Source of the DNA: a virus
Lineage: Duplodnaviria > Heunggongvirae > Uroviricota > Caudoviricetes
Virus record (IMG/VR): IMGVR_UViG_2897358383_000002
Strand: one strand, 5' to 3'
DNA length: 64,000 nucleotides
Both the position numbers and the translations under genes were made by a program. Below, in pieces: positions 53,575 through 64,000 of the stretch (its first letter is position 1; every line of letters begins with the position of its first letter). The notes beneath the pieces were generated by a model. That model had not been told where the DNA came from. It ran no database searches and saw only the letters and a program-made list of their open reading frames with translations.

Positions 53575-56499
53575 ATGAATGACGTTACAGTTGTTACATC
53601 GGTTACTTACCCATCACCCGAGTCGTTGGCTCTGGTGGCTGATGTGCAATACCACGAACCATATCTGTCAGCCGCTCTAAACCGAAAATTCAGGGGAATT
53701 GTTGACCCGGGATTTTATGCTGGTTTCTTGCCTAAGCCTGGCGGTGGGATGAACCTGTTAATCACCTCAGTGGATGGAGATAAAACCGCTGGCGCGGCGT
53801 CAGTGGATATTGGTGAATTCTACCAGGTAACTATTCAGCATCGTAAGGATATCTCTCTTGCACTTAACGCAGGCAAGAAATATGCAATTGTGCTGAAGGG
53901 AAGATACCTTCTTGGAGAAGATACCTATCAGGTGAATACCGCGTCACATATTCATGCAGCTGAATTTGTTGCCAGAACCTATACCGATTCATATCAGTTA
54001 GGTGATGGGGAACTGCTGGTTTGTACGGTGAATATCCCTGCTGGCGTATCTACCATTACTCAAGAGATGATTGATACATCCGAGCGTATCAACCGCACGA
54101 TCGGCATTGATATTTCAGACTCTGTAACCAGTACCAGAAGTGATGTTGCTGCGAGTTCGCTGGCAGTTAAAAAAGCCTACGATCTGGCGAAAAGCAAGTA
54201 TACGGCGCAGGATGCAAGCACAACGCAAAAGGGATTAGTTCAGCTCAGTAGTGCCACTAACAGTACGTCCGAAGTGCTGGCCGCCACACCGAAAGCTGTC
54301 AAGGCTGCATATGACCTGGCTAACGGGAAGTATACAGCCCAGGATGCAACCACGACACAAAAAGGGATAGTTCAGCTCAGTAGCGACACCAACAGCACTT
54401 CTGAAACATTAGCTGCAACGCCAAAAGCGGTTAAAGCTGCATACGATCTAGCAGCCGGAAAGGCACCATCCAGTCATACACATCCCTGGAATCAGATCAC
54501 TGGTGTGCCAACAGCTTCATTGACAGCGAAAGGCATCACTCAGCTCAGTAGTGCCACTAACAGCACGTCTGAAGTGCTGGCCGCCACACCGAAAGCTGTC
54601 AAGGCTGCATATGACCTGGCTAACGGGAAGTATACAGCCCAGGATGCAACCACGACACAAAAAGGGATAGTTCAGCTCAGTAGCGACACCAACAGCACTT
54701 CTGAAACATTAGCTGCAACGCCAAAAGCGGTTAAAGCTGCATACGATCTAGCAGCCGGAAAGGCACCATCCAGTCATACACATCCCTGGAATCAGATCAC
54801 TGGTGTGCCAACAGCTTCATTGACAGCGAAAGGCATCACTCAGCTCAGTAGTGCCACTAACAGCACGTCTGAAGTGCTGGCCGCCACACCGAAAGCTGTC
54901 AAGGCTGCATATGACCTGGCTAACGGGAAGTATACAGCCCAGGATGCAACCACGACACAAAAAGGGATAGTTCAGCTCAGTAGCGACACCAACAGCACTT
55001 CTGAAACATTAGCTGCAACGCCAAAAGCGGTTAAAGCTGCATACGATCTAGCAGCCGAAAAAGCACCATCCAGTCATACACATCCCTGGAATCAGATTAC
55101 TGGTGTGCCAACAGCTTCATTGACAGCGAAAGGCATCACTCAGCTCAGTAGTGCCACTAACAGCACGTCTGAAGTGCTGGCCGCCACACCGAAAGCTGTC
55201 AAGGCTGCATATGACCTGGCTAACGGGAAGTATACAGCCCAGGATGCAACCACGACACAAAAAGGGATAGTTCAGCTCAGTAGCGACACCAACAGCACTT
55301 CTGAAACATTAGCTGCAACGCCAAAAGCGGTTAAAGCTGCATACGATCTAGCAGCCGGAAAGGCACCATCCAGTCATACACATCCCTGGAATCAGATCAC
55401 TGGTGTGCCAACAGCTTCATTGACAGCGAAAGGCATCACTCAGCTCAGTAGTGCCACTAACAGCACGTCTGAAGTGCTGGCCGCCACACCGAAAGCTGTC
55501 AAGGCTGCATATGACCTGGCTAACGGGAAGTATACAGCCCAGGATGCAACCACGACACAAAAAGGGATAGTTCAGCTCAGTAGCGACACCAACAGCACTT
55601 CTGAAACATTAGCTGCAACGCCAAAAGCAGTTAAAGCTGCATACGATCTAGCAGCCGGAAAGGCACCATCCAGTCATACACATCCCTGGAATCAGATCAC
55701 TGGTGTGCCAACAGCTTCATTGACAGCGAAAGGCATCACTCAGCTCAGTAGTGCCACTAACAGCACGTCTGAAGTGCTGGCCGCTACACCGAAAGCTGTC
55801 AAGGCTGCATATGATTTGGCTAATGGAAAGCAAGCGGCAGACGCTACGCTCACTGCTCTAGCGGCACTAGCTACCGCAGCAGATAAACTCCCTTATTTCA
55901 CAGGGGTTGATCGTGCCGCGTTAACTGCACTGACAAGTGTTGGACGTGCAATTCTTAGTAAGCCCAGTATTCAGAGCGTTCTTAATTACCTTGGTTTAGG
56001 GGAAGGCTCGGCGCTGCCCGTTGGTGTACCTGTTCCATGGCCCTCAGCCACACCACCAACGGGGTGGCTGAAATGTAACGGAGCAGCATTTTCTTCTGAA
56101 AAGTACCCAAATCTGGCAAAGGTTTACCCAACGTTAAAATTACCTGATTTACGCGGTGAGTTTATCCGTGGTTGGGATGATTCGAGAGGGATTGATACAG
56201 GGCGTTCATTGCTAAGTGGTCAGACTGCAACATTTATTCGTACAGCTTTGCAGGATTATTACGGTGTCGATCTGACTACTAATGTCAAAGTAGGTATCGC
56301 TTATGCTACTGCTGATTCTGTTATAACTGTTGGAAACCCTGCTAATCCTAAAGCAGGAGATAATAGCGATTATGTTCCAGCATCATCAGATAACTCCATA
56401 ACAGGCACTCAAAGGACGGCAGAGGATAATTTTACCGGGGCATGGATATCAATGCGCCCCCGCAACGTTGCTTTTAATTACATCGTAAGGGCAGCATGA
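53575..56499 (+). CDS. Tail fibre protein (S-like) with repetitive shaft and exchangeable C-terminal domain
   Basis: ATG 53575 with AAGGA SD (track ORF starts at 53488 inside the R-like gene). Repeats ATPKAVKAAYDLA. C-terminus GVPVPWPSATPPTGWLKCNGAAFS...LPDLRGEFIRGWDD is the conserved fibre-tip module. Confidence 0.85.
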   Translation: MNDVTVVTSVTYPSPESLALVADVQYHEPYLSAALNRKFRGIVDPGFYAGFLPKPGGGMNLLITSVDGDKTAGAASVDIGEFYQVTIQHRKDISLALNAGKKYAIVLKGRYLLGEDTYQVNTASHIHAAEFVARTYTDSYQLGDGELLVCTVNIPAGVSTITQEMIDTSERINRTIGIDISDSVTSTRSDVAASSLAVKKAYDLAKSKYTAQDASTTQKGLVQLSSATNSTSEVLAATPKAVKAAYDLANGKYTAQDATTTQKGIVQLSSDTNSTSETLAATPKAVKAAYDLAAGKAPSSHTHPWNQITGVPTASLTAKGITQLSSATNSTSEVLAATPKAVKAAYDLANGKYTAQDATTTQKGIVQLSSDTNSTSETLAATPKAVKAAYDLAAGKAPSSHTHPWNQITGVPTASLTAKGITQLSSATNSTSEVLAATPKAVKAAYDLANGKYTAQDATTTQKGIVQLSSDTNSTSETLAATPKAVKAAYDLAAEKAPSSHTHPWNQITGVPTASLTAKGITQLSSATNSTSEVLAATPKAVKAAYDLANGKYTAQDATTTQKGIVQLSSDTNSTSETLAATPKAVKAAYDLAAGKAPSSHTHPWNQITGVPTASLTAKGITQLSSATNSTSEVLAATPKAVKAAYDLANGKYTAQDATTTQKGIVQLSSDTNSTSETLAATPKAVKAAYDLAAGKAPSSHTHPWNQITGVPTASLTAKGITQLSSATNSTSEVLAATPKAVKAAYDLANGKQAADATLTALAALATAADKLPYFTGVDRAALTALTSVGRAILSKPSIQSVLNYLGLGEGSALPVGVPVPWPSATPPTGWLKCNGAAFSSEKYPNLAKVYPTLKLPDLRGEFIRGWDDSRGIDTGRSLLSGQTATFIRTALQDYYGVDLTTNVKVGIAYATADSVITVGNPANPKAGDNSDYVPASSDNSITGTQRTAEDNFTGAWISMRPRNVAFNYIVRAA
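54301..55800 (+). repeat. Five near-perfect 300-bp tandem repeats inside the tail fibre gene
   Basis: Units begin aaggctgcatatgacctggctaacgggaag at 54301, 54601, 54901, 55201 and 55501. Only a few SNPs between copies. Confidence 0.9.
55984..56008 (+). other. Putative recombination crossover site at the fibre constant/variable junction
   Basis: TTAATTACCTTGGTTTAGGGGAAGG. The same TTGGTTTRGGGGAAGG core precedes every cassette. Confidence 0.5.
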
Positions 56500-56520
56500 A
56501 AACGTTGGTTTGGGGGAAGG
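56500..56520 (+). other. Putative crossover site before cassette 2
   Basis: AAACGTTGGTTTGGGGGAAGG immediately after the fibre stop. Confidence 0.5.
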
Positions 56521-56938
56521 CTCTGCACTGCCTGTTGGTGTGCCCGTTCCGTGGCCCTTAGAAACACCACCAACGGGCTGGCTAAAATGTAACGGAGCAG
56601 CATTTTCTTCTGAAATGTATCCCAAACTGGCAAAAGCCTACCCCACCAATAAATTACCGGATTTACGCGGTGAATTTATCCGTGGCTGGGATGATGGGCG
56701 CGGGATTGATGCGGGACGTACCCTGCTTTCAGGGCAGGATGGTACAAGTTTTTCTCATTACGGAGGTAATTTCGACATTGGGTCTGGTCATTCAATCAAT
56801 AACTATGACCAAATTGTTTCTAACCAACCAGGATTTTCCCGTTTTTCATTTGCAGGGCCTTCACGAGGTGATGGGGTTAATTATGTAACCATTCGTCCTC
56901 GTAACATTGCGTTTAATTATATCGTAAGGGCGGCATGA
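56510..56938 (+). other. Promoterless alternative tail-fibre C-terminal cassette 2
   Basis: Encodes GEGSALPVGVPVPWPLETPPTGWLKCNGAAFS...NYIVRAA. The track's M is a TTG inside the crossover site. Confidence 0.6.
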
Positions 56939-56961
56939 AAACGTTGGTTTGGGGGAAGGCT
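56939..56961 (+). other. Putative crossover site before cassette 3
   Basis: AAACGTTGGTTTGGGGGAAGG. Confidence 0.5.
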
Positions 56962-57407
56962 CTGCACTGCCCGTTGGCGTGCCCGTTCCGTGGCCATCAG
57001 CCACACCTCCAACGGGGTGGCTGAAATGCAATGGCGCAGCATTTTCTTCTGAAAAGTACCCAAATCTGGCAAAGGTTTACCCAACGTTAAAATTACCTGA
57101 TTTACGCGGTGAGTTTATCCGTGGTTGGGATGATGGGCGAGGTGTGGATGCGGGAAGGGTCATCTTAAGCATACAGGGGTGGTTAACAGGAAGTCATTAT
57201 CATAATATTCGGTCATGGGACGCGTGGGATAACACGGTATTGGTGCCAAATGACAGAGGGGGGGATAGCCTGTTGTCGACAGATAACGCCGTCCAAGAAG
57301 GAGCGATTAATGGTAAATTTACCAGTCAATACAGAACGGAGTTATCTGGGGGGAATGAAACCCGCCCACGTAACATTGCCTTCAATTATATTGTGAGAGC
57401 AGCATAA
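56949..57407 (+). other. Promoterless alternative tail-fibre C-terminal cassette 3
   Basis: Same conserved N-terminal 60 aa as the fibre tip. Unique middle. Ends NYIVRAA. Confidence 0.6.
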
Positions 57408-58018
57408 TGGATAATGCGATATTAAATAGCGAACTTATAGCCATACAGGCAGGAAACATTATCGTTTATAACTATGATGGTGGTAATCGGGAATATATTT
57501 CTGCATCAACTGAATATCTTGCTGTTGGCGTTGGTATTCCGGCACATTCTTGTTTGGATGCTCCAGGCTCACATAAAGCAGGTTATGCGATTCTCCGTTC
57601 AGAGGATTTAAGTTCATGGGAGTATGTGCCAGATCATCGTGGCGAAACTGTCTATAGCATTGACACAGGGAATCCCGAAGAAATCACGGTGTTGGGTGAC
57701 TATCCGGAAAATACAACCACTATCGCCCCGCTAACACCATACGACAAATGGGATGGAGAGAAATGGGTGGTTGATACTGAGGCTCAACATAGTGCAGCTG
57801 TAGAGGCAGCAGAAACAAAACGTCAGTCATTGATTGATACTGCGATGGATTCCATTAGTCTGATTCAGTTGAAATTACGGGCTGGACGGAAGTTGACGCA
57901 GGCAGAAACCACGCAGCTTAACTCCGTGCTAGATTATATAGACGAGCTGAACGCGATGGATTTAACCACGGCACCAGATCTCAACTGGCCTGAAAAACAA
58001 CTTTCTACAGCCAGTTGA
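57407..58018 (+). CDS. Tail fibre assembly chaperone (Tfa / U-like)
   Basis: 203 aa. C-terminal DLNWPEKQ is typical of Tfa proteins. Confidence 0.7.
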   Translation: MDNAILNSELIAIQAGNIIVYNYDGGNREYISASTEYLAVGVGIPAHSCLDAPGSHKAGYAILRSEDLSSWEYVPDHRGETVYSIDTGNPEEITVLGDYPENTTTIAPLTPYDKWDGEKWVVDTEAQHSAAVEAAETKRQSLIDTAMDSISLIQLKLRAGRKLTQAETTQLNSVLDYIDELNAMDLTTAPDLNWPEKQLSTAS

Positions 58019-58023
58019 TATAA

Positions 58024-58521
58024 TTAATCCGCCCTCACAATATAATTAAATGCAATATTACGAGGGCGGGTTTCTAAGCCAGCAGTACCTAAATTAGCTA
58101 CGGACTGTTTATATGTTTTAAAAGTTCCATAATTAGGGGCTGGCAATCCTGCATCGCTTGTGTTCCCCCATCTGATAACTCCCGTATTACCACTAGTAGC
58201 CCATGCCTCGTCAAAGTAGAAATTAATTGAGCTGTCAGTTGCTACGGTTGATTTTGACGGTAATCCGTGAGCATGATCCTCCGTTGCATATCCTTGCTCG
58301 CTTAAAATAGAGCGACCTGGATCAATCCCGCGCCCGTCATCCCAGCCACGAATGAACTCACCACGTAAATCAGGCAATTTATTTGTCGGGTAAGCCTTTG
58401 CCAGATTTGGGTACTTTTCAGAAGAAAATGCTGCACCATTGCATTTCAGCCACCCCGTTGGAGGTGTGGCTGAAGGCCACGGAACAGGGACACCAACAGG
58501 TAATGCAGAGCCTTCTCCCAA
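58024..58521 (-). other. Alternative tail-fibre C-terminal cassette 4 (reverse orientation)
   Basis: Reverse-strand GEGSALPVGVPVPWPSATPPTGWLKCNGAAFS...unique...NYIVRAD, preceded by the crossover core (58509-58533). Confidence 0.6.
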
Positions 58522-58623
58522 ACCAACGTTTTTATGCCGCCCTTACGATGTAATTAAATGCGATATTTCGTGGACGGGTTACTCCCCATATTACCTCCCT
58601 CGTGAATGAAGTGTCGGTGATGA

Positions 58624-58968
58624 TCAAATCCTCTGTATTGTCATCAGATCCATCCTTGGTGTATGTTTTTTTGAAATGTCCCAGCTCCCATTCATCTTTT
58701 GTGTCGTAACCATCATGCTACAAAATATGTCGATGCTTTCAGCATTCCTGTCTGAATGCCAATAAAGCACGTCCCGCATCCACCCCGCGCCCATCATCCC
58801 AGCCGGAATAAATTCTCCCGTAATCCGGTAATTTATTGGTGGGTAGCTTTGCCAGATTTGGGTACTTTCAGAAGAAAATGCTGCACCATTGCATTTCAGC
58901 CACCCCGTTGGAGGTGTGCTGAGGGCCACGGAACGGGACGCCAACAGGCATGCAGAGCCTTCCCCCAA
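58624..58968 (-). pseudogene. Alternative tail-fibre cassette 5, disrupted by several 1-bp indels
   Basis: Recognisable conserved start (TPPTGWLKCNGAAFSSE), then frame loss. Crossover-like core at 58956-58980. Confidence 0.5.
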
Positions 58969-58995
58969 ACCAACGTTTTTTATGCTGCCCTTACG

Positions 58996-61889
58996 ATGTA
59001 ATTAAAAGCAACGTTGCGGGGGCGCATTGATATCCATGCCCCGGTAAAAATTATCCTCTGCCGTCCTTTGAGTGCCTGTTATGGAGTTCTGATGATGGAA
59101 CATAATCGCTATTATCTCCTGCTTTAGGATTAGCAGGGTTTCCAACAGTTATAACAGAATCAGCAGTAGCATAAGCGATACCTACTTTGACATTAGTAGT
59201 CAGATCGACACCGTAATAATCCTGCAAAGCTGTACGAATAAATGTTGCAGTCTGACCACTTAGCAATGAACGCCCTGTATCAATCCCTCTCGAATCATCC
59301 CAACCACGGATAAACTCACCGCGTAAATCAGGTAATTTTAACGTTGGGTAAACCTTTGCCAGATTTGGGTACTTTTCAGAAGAAAATGCTGCGCCGTTGC
59401 ATTTCAGCCACCCCGTTGGAGGTGTGGCTGAATGGGCCTGGAACAGGGTACGCCAAACGGGCCAGTGCAGAGCCTTCCCAAACCAAGGTAATTAAGAACG
59501 CTCTGAATACTGGGCTTACTAAGAATTGCACGTCCAACACTTGTCAGTGCAGTTAACGCACCCCTGTGAAATAAGGGAGTTTATCTGCTGCGGTAGCTAG
59601 TGCCGCTAGAGCAGTGAGCGTAGCGTCTGCCGCTTGCTTTCCATTAGCCAAATCATATGCCAGCCTTGACAGCTTTCGGTGTAGCGGCCAGCACTTCAGA
59701 CGTGCTGTTAGTGGCACTACTGAGCTGAGTGATGCCTTTCGCTGTCAATGAAGCTGTTGGCACACCAGTGATCTGATTCCAGGGATGTGTATGACTGGAT
59801 GGTGCCTTTCCGGCTGCTAGATCGTATGCAGCTTTAACTGCTTTTGGCGTTGCAGCTAATGTTTCAGAAGTGCTGTTGGTGTCGCTACTGAGCTGAACTA
59901 TCCCTTTTTGTGTCGTGGTTGCATCCTGGGCTGTATACTTCCCGTTAGCCAGGTCATATGCAGCCTTGACAGCTTTCGGTGTGGCGGCCAGCACTTCAGA
60001 CGTGCTGTTAGTGGCACTACTGAGCTGAGTGATGCCTTTCGCTGTCAATGAAGCTGTTGGCACACCAGTGATCTGATTCCAGGGATGTGTATGACTGGAT
60101 GGTGCCTTTCCGGCTGCTAGATCGTATGCAGCTTTAACCGCTTTTGGCGTTGCAGCTAATGTTTCAGAAGTGCTGTTGGTGTCGCTACTGAGCTGAACTA
60201 TCCCTTTTTGTGTCGTGGTTGCATCCTGGGCTGTATACTTCCCGTTAGCCAGGTCATATGCAGCCTTGACAGCTTTCGGTGTGGCGGCCAGCACTTCAGA
60301 CGTGCTGTTAGTGGCACTACTGAGCTGAGTGATGCCTTTCGCTGTCAATGAAGCTGTTGGCACACCAGTAATCTGATTCCAGGGATGTGTATGACTGGAT
60401 GGTGCTTTTTCGGCTGCTAGATCGTATGCAGCTTTAACCGCTTTTGGCGTTGCAGCTAATGTTTCAGAAGTGCTGTTGGTGTCGCTACTGAGCTGAACTA
60501 TCCCTTTTTGTGTCGTGGTTGCATCCTGGGCTGTATACTTCCCGTTAGCCAGGTCATATGCAGCCTTGACAGCTTTCGTGTGGCGGCCAGCACTTCAGAC
60601 GTGCTGTTAGTGGCACTACTGAGCTGAGTGATGCCTTTCGCTGTCAATGAAGCTGTTGGCACACCAGTGATCTGATTCCAGGGATGTGTATGACTGATGG
60701 TGCCTTTCCGGCTGCTAGATCGTATGCAGCTTTAACCGCTTTTGGCGTTGCAGCTAATGTTTCAGAAGTGCTGTTGGTGTCGCTACTGAGCTGAACTATC
60801 CCTTTTTGTGTCGTGGTTGCATCCTGGGCTGTATACTTCCCGTTAGCCAGGTCATATGCAGCCTTGACAGCTTTTCGTGTGGCGGCCAGCACTTCAGACG
60901 TGCTGTTAGTGGCACTCTGAGCTGAGTGATGCCTTTCGCTGTCAATGAAGCTGTTGGCACACCAGTGATCTGATTCCAGGGATGTGTATGACTGGATGGT
61001 GCCTTTCCGGCTGCTAGATCGTATGCAGCTTTAACCGCTTTGGCGTTGCAGCTAATGTTTCAGAAGTGCTGTTGGTGTCGCTACTGAGCTGAACTATCCC
61101 TTTTTGTGTCGTGGTTGCATCCTGGGCTGTATACTTCCCGTTAGCCAGGTCATATGCAGCCTTGACAGCTTTCGGTGTGGCGGCCAGCACTTCGGACGTA
61201 CTGTTAGTGGCACTACTGAGCTGAACTAATCCCTTTTGCGTTGTGCTTGCATCCTGCGCCGTATACTTGCTTTTCGCCAGATCGTAGGCTTTTTTAACTG
61301 CCAGCGAACTCGCAGCAACATCACTTCTGGTACTGGTTACAGAGTCTGAAATATCAATGCCGATCGTGCGGTTGATACGCTCGGATGTATCAATCATCTC
61401 TTGAGTAATGGTAGATACGCCAGCAGGGATATTCACCGTACAAACCAGCAGTTCCCCATCACCTAACTGATATGAATCGGTATAGGTTCTGGCAACAAAT
61501 TCAGCTGCATGAATATGTGACGCGGTATTCACCTGATAGGTATCTTCTCCAAGAAGGTATCTTCCCTTCAGCACAATTGCATATTTCTTGCCTGCGTTAA
61601 GTGCAAGAGAGATATCCTTACGATGCTGAATAGTTACCTGGTAGAATTCACCAATATCCACTGACGCCGCGCCAGCGGTTTTATCTCCATCCACTGAGGT
61701 GATTAACAGGTTCATCCCACCGCCAGGCTTAGGCAAGAAACCAGCATAAAATCCCGGGTCAACAATTCCCCTGAATTTTCGGTTTAGAGCGGCTGACAGA
61801 TATGGTTCGTGGTATTGCACATCAGCCACCAGAGCCAACGACTCGGGTGATGGGTAAGTAACCGATGTAACAACTGTAACGTCATTCAT
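58996..61889 (-). pseudogene. Inverted second copy of the tail fibre gene, fragmented by frameshifts
   Basis: Track ORFs 61014-61976, 60644-60892, 59653-60363 and 59051-59266 together reproduce the 53575-56499 fibre protein, with 1-bp indels between fragments. Confidence 0.6.
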
Positions 61890-61900
61890 CAAGCATATCC

Positions 61901-62335
61901 TTATGCTGTAGTCGAGTTTATGGCCATAACTGCGGTATATGTTTTGCCCACATACAGCGAGTCTTCCTGGACACAAATAATGGCGATTGGCTTATTCTCG
62001 TTATCCAGAACAACCAGAGTGTTGAATGGGTAGTTTTTCCCTTCCTGCAACTGACTTTGATCAAGGTCCATTCGGACAGTAATTATCCCGCCTGAGTAGG
62101 TTGGGACGAGGTTGATGGTGCAAAATTGACTGGTCAGTTCTGCCAGATCGAAAGCCTTTGGCAGTTCTCCAATCTCATAAGTGCCATCTCCTTTCTTAGT
62201 AACCAGTGAACTGGTACCGAAAACGGCCTTGCTGATTAAAAATCGAGAGCCTTTGTTAATGGACGATTCAGCGCGCCGCTGATAGTAATAGTCCAACAAC
62301 TGACTCTTATAGAGGTTTGTTGAGACGTCAGACAT
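61901..62335 (-). CDS. R-like tail-fibre-associated protein, inverted identical copy
   Basis: 144-aa product identical to that of 53129-53563. Confidence 0.5.
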   Translation of the reverse strand: MSDVSTNLYKSQLLDYYYQRRAESSINKGSRFLISKAVFGTSSLVTKKGDGTYEIGELPKAFDLAELTSQFCTINLVPTYSGGIITVRMDLDQSQLQEGKNYPFNTLVVLDNENKPIAIICVQEDSLYVGKTYTAVMAINSTTA

Positions 62336-64000
62336 GATTTTCCCTAATCAATGTTGTGAAGCCTCATTGTAAGATAAGTAACTTGTCACCCCGCCCTGCG
62401 GACGGGGTGATTGTCACGCATCGCTATCCAACAGCAAATCATCTGCGCGGTGCGATCAAACGTAGGTTGCTTTCACAATAGTGCCGCCCGGCGTTGCAGT
62501 GATCGGGGCGTTAATCGACGTAACTTCAGTAAGCGAAGTTGTATCCGAAGTTTCAAACCAGCAGAATGCTTTTTCGGTATCAGAAATCTCATTCAAAGTG
62601 ATCATGTCGGCCTGTTCATTTACAACAACCGACAAATAGAGCGTAAGCCCATCAAACACTATATGCAGTGGCAGTAGAGGCTTTACGAACTGATTAAACT
62701 TTCTGAGAATTTCTTCTGTAATTGCGGACTGATCTATCGTTCCAGTAATACCCATTGTCCGGGCCAGGTCGTTTATGGGAATACTGATCATTCCTCTGGA
62801 AGTCAGAAACATCTCGCCGAATGTGCCGCCGGTGGTTTCCAGTGTGCTTTCTGGAATCAGGACCGTGCCATAGGGATGACGTTCAAAGTCCACCGGAGCA
62901 TATATTGGATCCCATAAAACCGATATACCGTTAAATTCGCGATAAATTGTCTGGTTTATAGGGCGTTCAGTACCCTTAAAATGGATCTCATCAAACCGCT
63001 GTTGTAACAACATCGGAACGGAAGATGAATTCGACGTTTGATAGTAAAAAACTGGCCAAGTTCATTTGTCCTAGTCTCCAGATCCTCCTTGCTCATGGAA
63101 AAATAGACTTCCGGTTGGTAATTCGCTCCAACCATGGGTCAACAAAGGTGTCCATCATTGACTGAACCAAATCAGCCAATGAAAGTAATGACTTTTGCTT
63201 AGCTGATGTAAGCCGGTTATTAAACCAGGAACGCTGCATCACTCCTCCTCATACGAAATATTAAAGGTGGAGTTTTCTGTATCCAGATAAACGAAATCGT
63301 AAAAGCCGTTGGACTCATTCCACTCGACAATTCCAGATAAAAGTCGCGGAAATAACCCAGCGTTTTCGATAAATGCCCAAACGTCTTTCTTGATTAGGAT
63401 GTACTTGCCGACACGGTTCGGATCAAAGAAAGTTGAGTCACGCCCAAATTTTGTTTCCAGTGCCGACTTCAGCTCATCAGTCACGTTCTCAATGGTCAGG
63501 CTTGCCGATATCCGCCCAGTGATAGTGATCTTAAAGGGGAGTTTTCTGACCTCTTTATACGAGAATTTCTTGTTCAACTCATTCGGCACCTTCTTAAAGG
63601 CAGCCAGGATCACTTCTTCAAGCTCTGACTGGCTTTTGTTTGGATGCCATCCTGAAATAAATATCTTATTGATATTCCGAACAACATTATAAGCACCATC
63701 TAATTTCTCTTGCTGGCCTTCGCCCCATGCCTTTACCCAGGACAGTCCCGGATGTTACGCACCAAAAAATACGTATAGTCCCCGCCCCATACGACCTGAT
63801 CATCATAGGCAAAGGTAATATTGTGCACGATTACGTGTGATCTCCGTTGTTTCGGCATCGGTACCTGCGGTTATGGGTGTCGTTGTCTTAACTGAAATCA
63901 AATTAGCTAAATTAGCCGCAGAATCGACAGGCGTCAGGTTTTGGCCAGCAACCAGGGTTATATCTCCGTTGGTGCACCATACCTTAAGTGTAATGGTCGA

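Larger units (their letters stand above)
58975..64000. repeat. Inverted duplicate of the 51440-56520 tail region, running to the right edge
   Basis: Reverse-complement match to the tail-fibre gene, the R-like gene and parts of the two upstream genes, with scattered single-base indels. Confidence 0.85.

Noticed and set aside
54181-55830. Highly regular 300-bp repeats as a possible CRISPR-like array
   Set aside because: The repeats are in frame inside the tail fibre ORF, have no unique spacers between them, and are far longer than CRISPR repeats.
56510-58521. Cassettes at 56510, 56949 and 58521 as independent genes starting with Met
   Set aside because: The apparent start is a TTG inside the conserved crossover core and there is no SD. 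They are read as promoterless 3' cassettes that need joining to the fibre constant region.

Overview
The window reads as about 64 kb of a P1-like phage-plasmid (a temperate myovirus kept as a low-copy plasmid). No search tools were run: every call rests on reading the six-frame track and the DNA, on motif recognition, and on remembered P1 gene order, so family names are hypotheses. Left to right: the 5' part of the phd antitoxin gene; a complete EcoR124-like Type IC restriction-modification operon (hsdM-hsdS-hsdR) with a 3x TAEL 12-bp tandem repeat in hsdS; a leftward accessory block (HAD-like and PPP-family phosphatases, VRR-NUC nuclease, a paralogous pair); a rightward block ending in baseplate-like genes; a leftward block with a DnaB-like helicase, a TerB-like three-gene operon, three tRNAs (Asn, Thr, CAU), a bifunctional C5-cytosine plus N6-adenine methyltransferase and an RdgC-like gene; a spanin-like pair; the iteron replicon repA with parA-parB-parS; structural genes; the immI-like region (icd/ant, kilA, repL); an AT-rich islet encoding three signal-peptide proteins; a tape-measure gene with a lytic transglycosylase motif; and a tail-fibre locus with perfect 300-bp tandem repeats and an array of alternative fibre C-terminal cassettes. 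The last 5 kb is an inverted, indel-ridden duplicate of the tail-fibre region. No CRISPR array, integrase or transposase was seen. The best candidates for something undescribed are the multi-cassette fibre switch, the AT-rich secreted-protein islet, and a GIY-YIG-like cargo gene between the replicon and parA.
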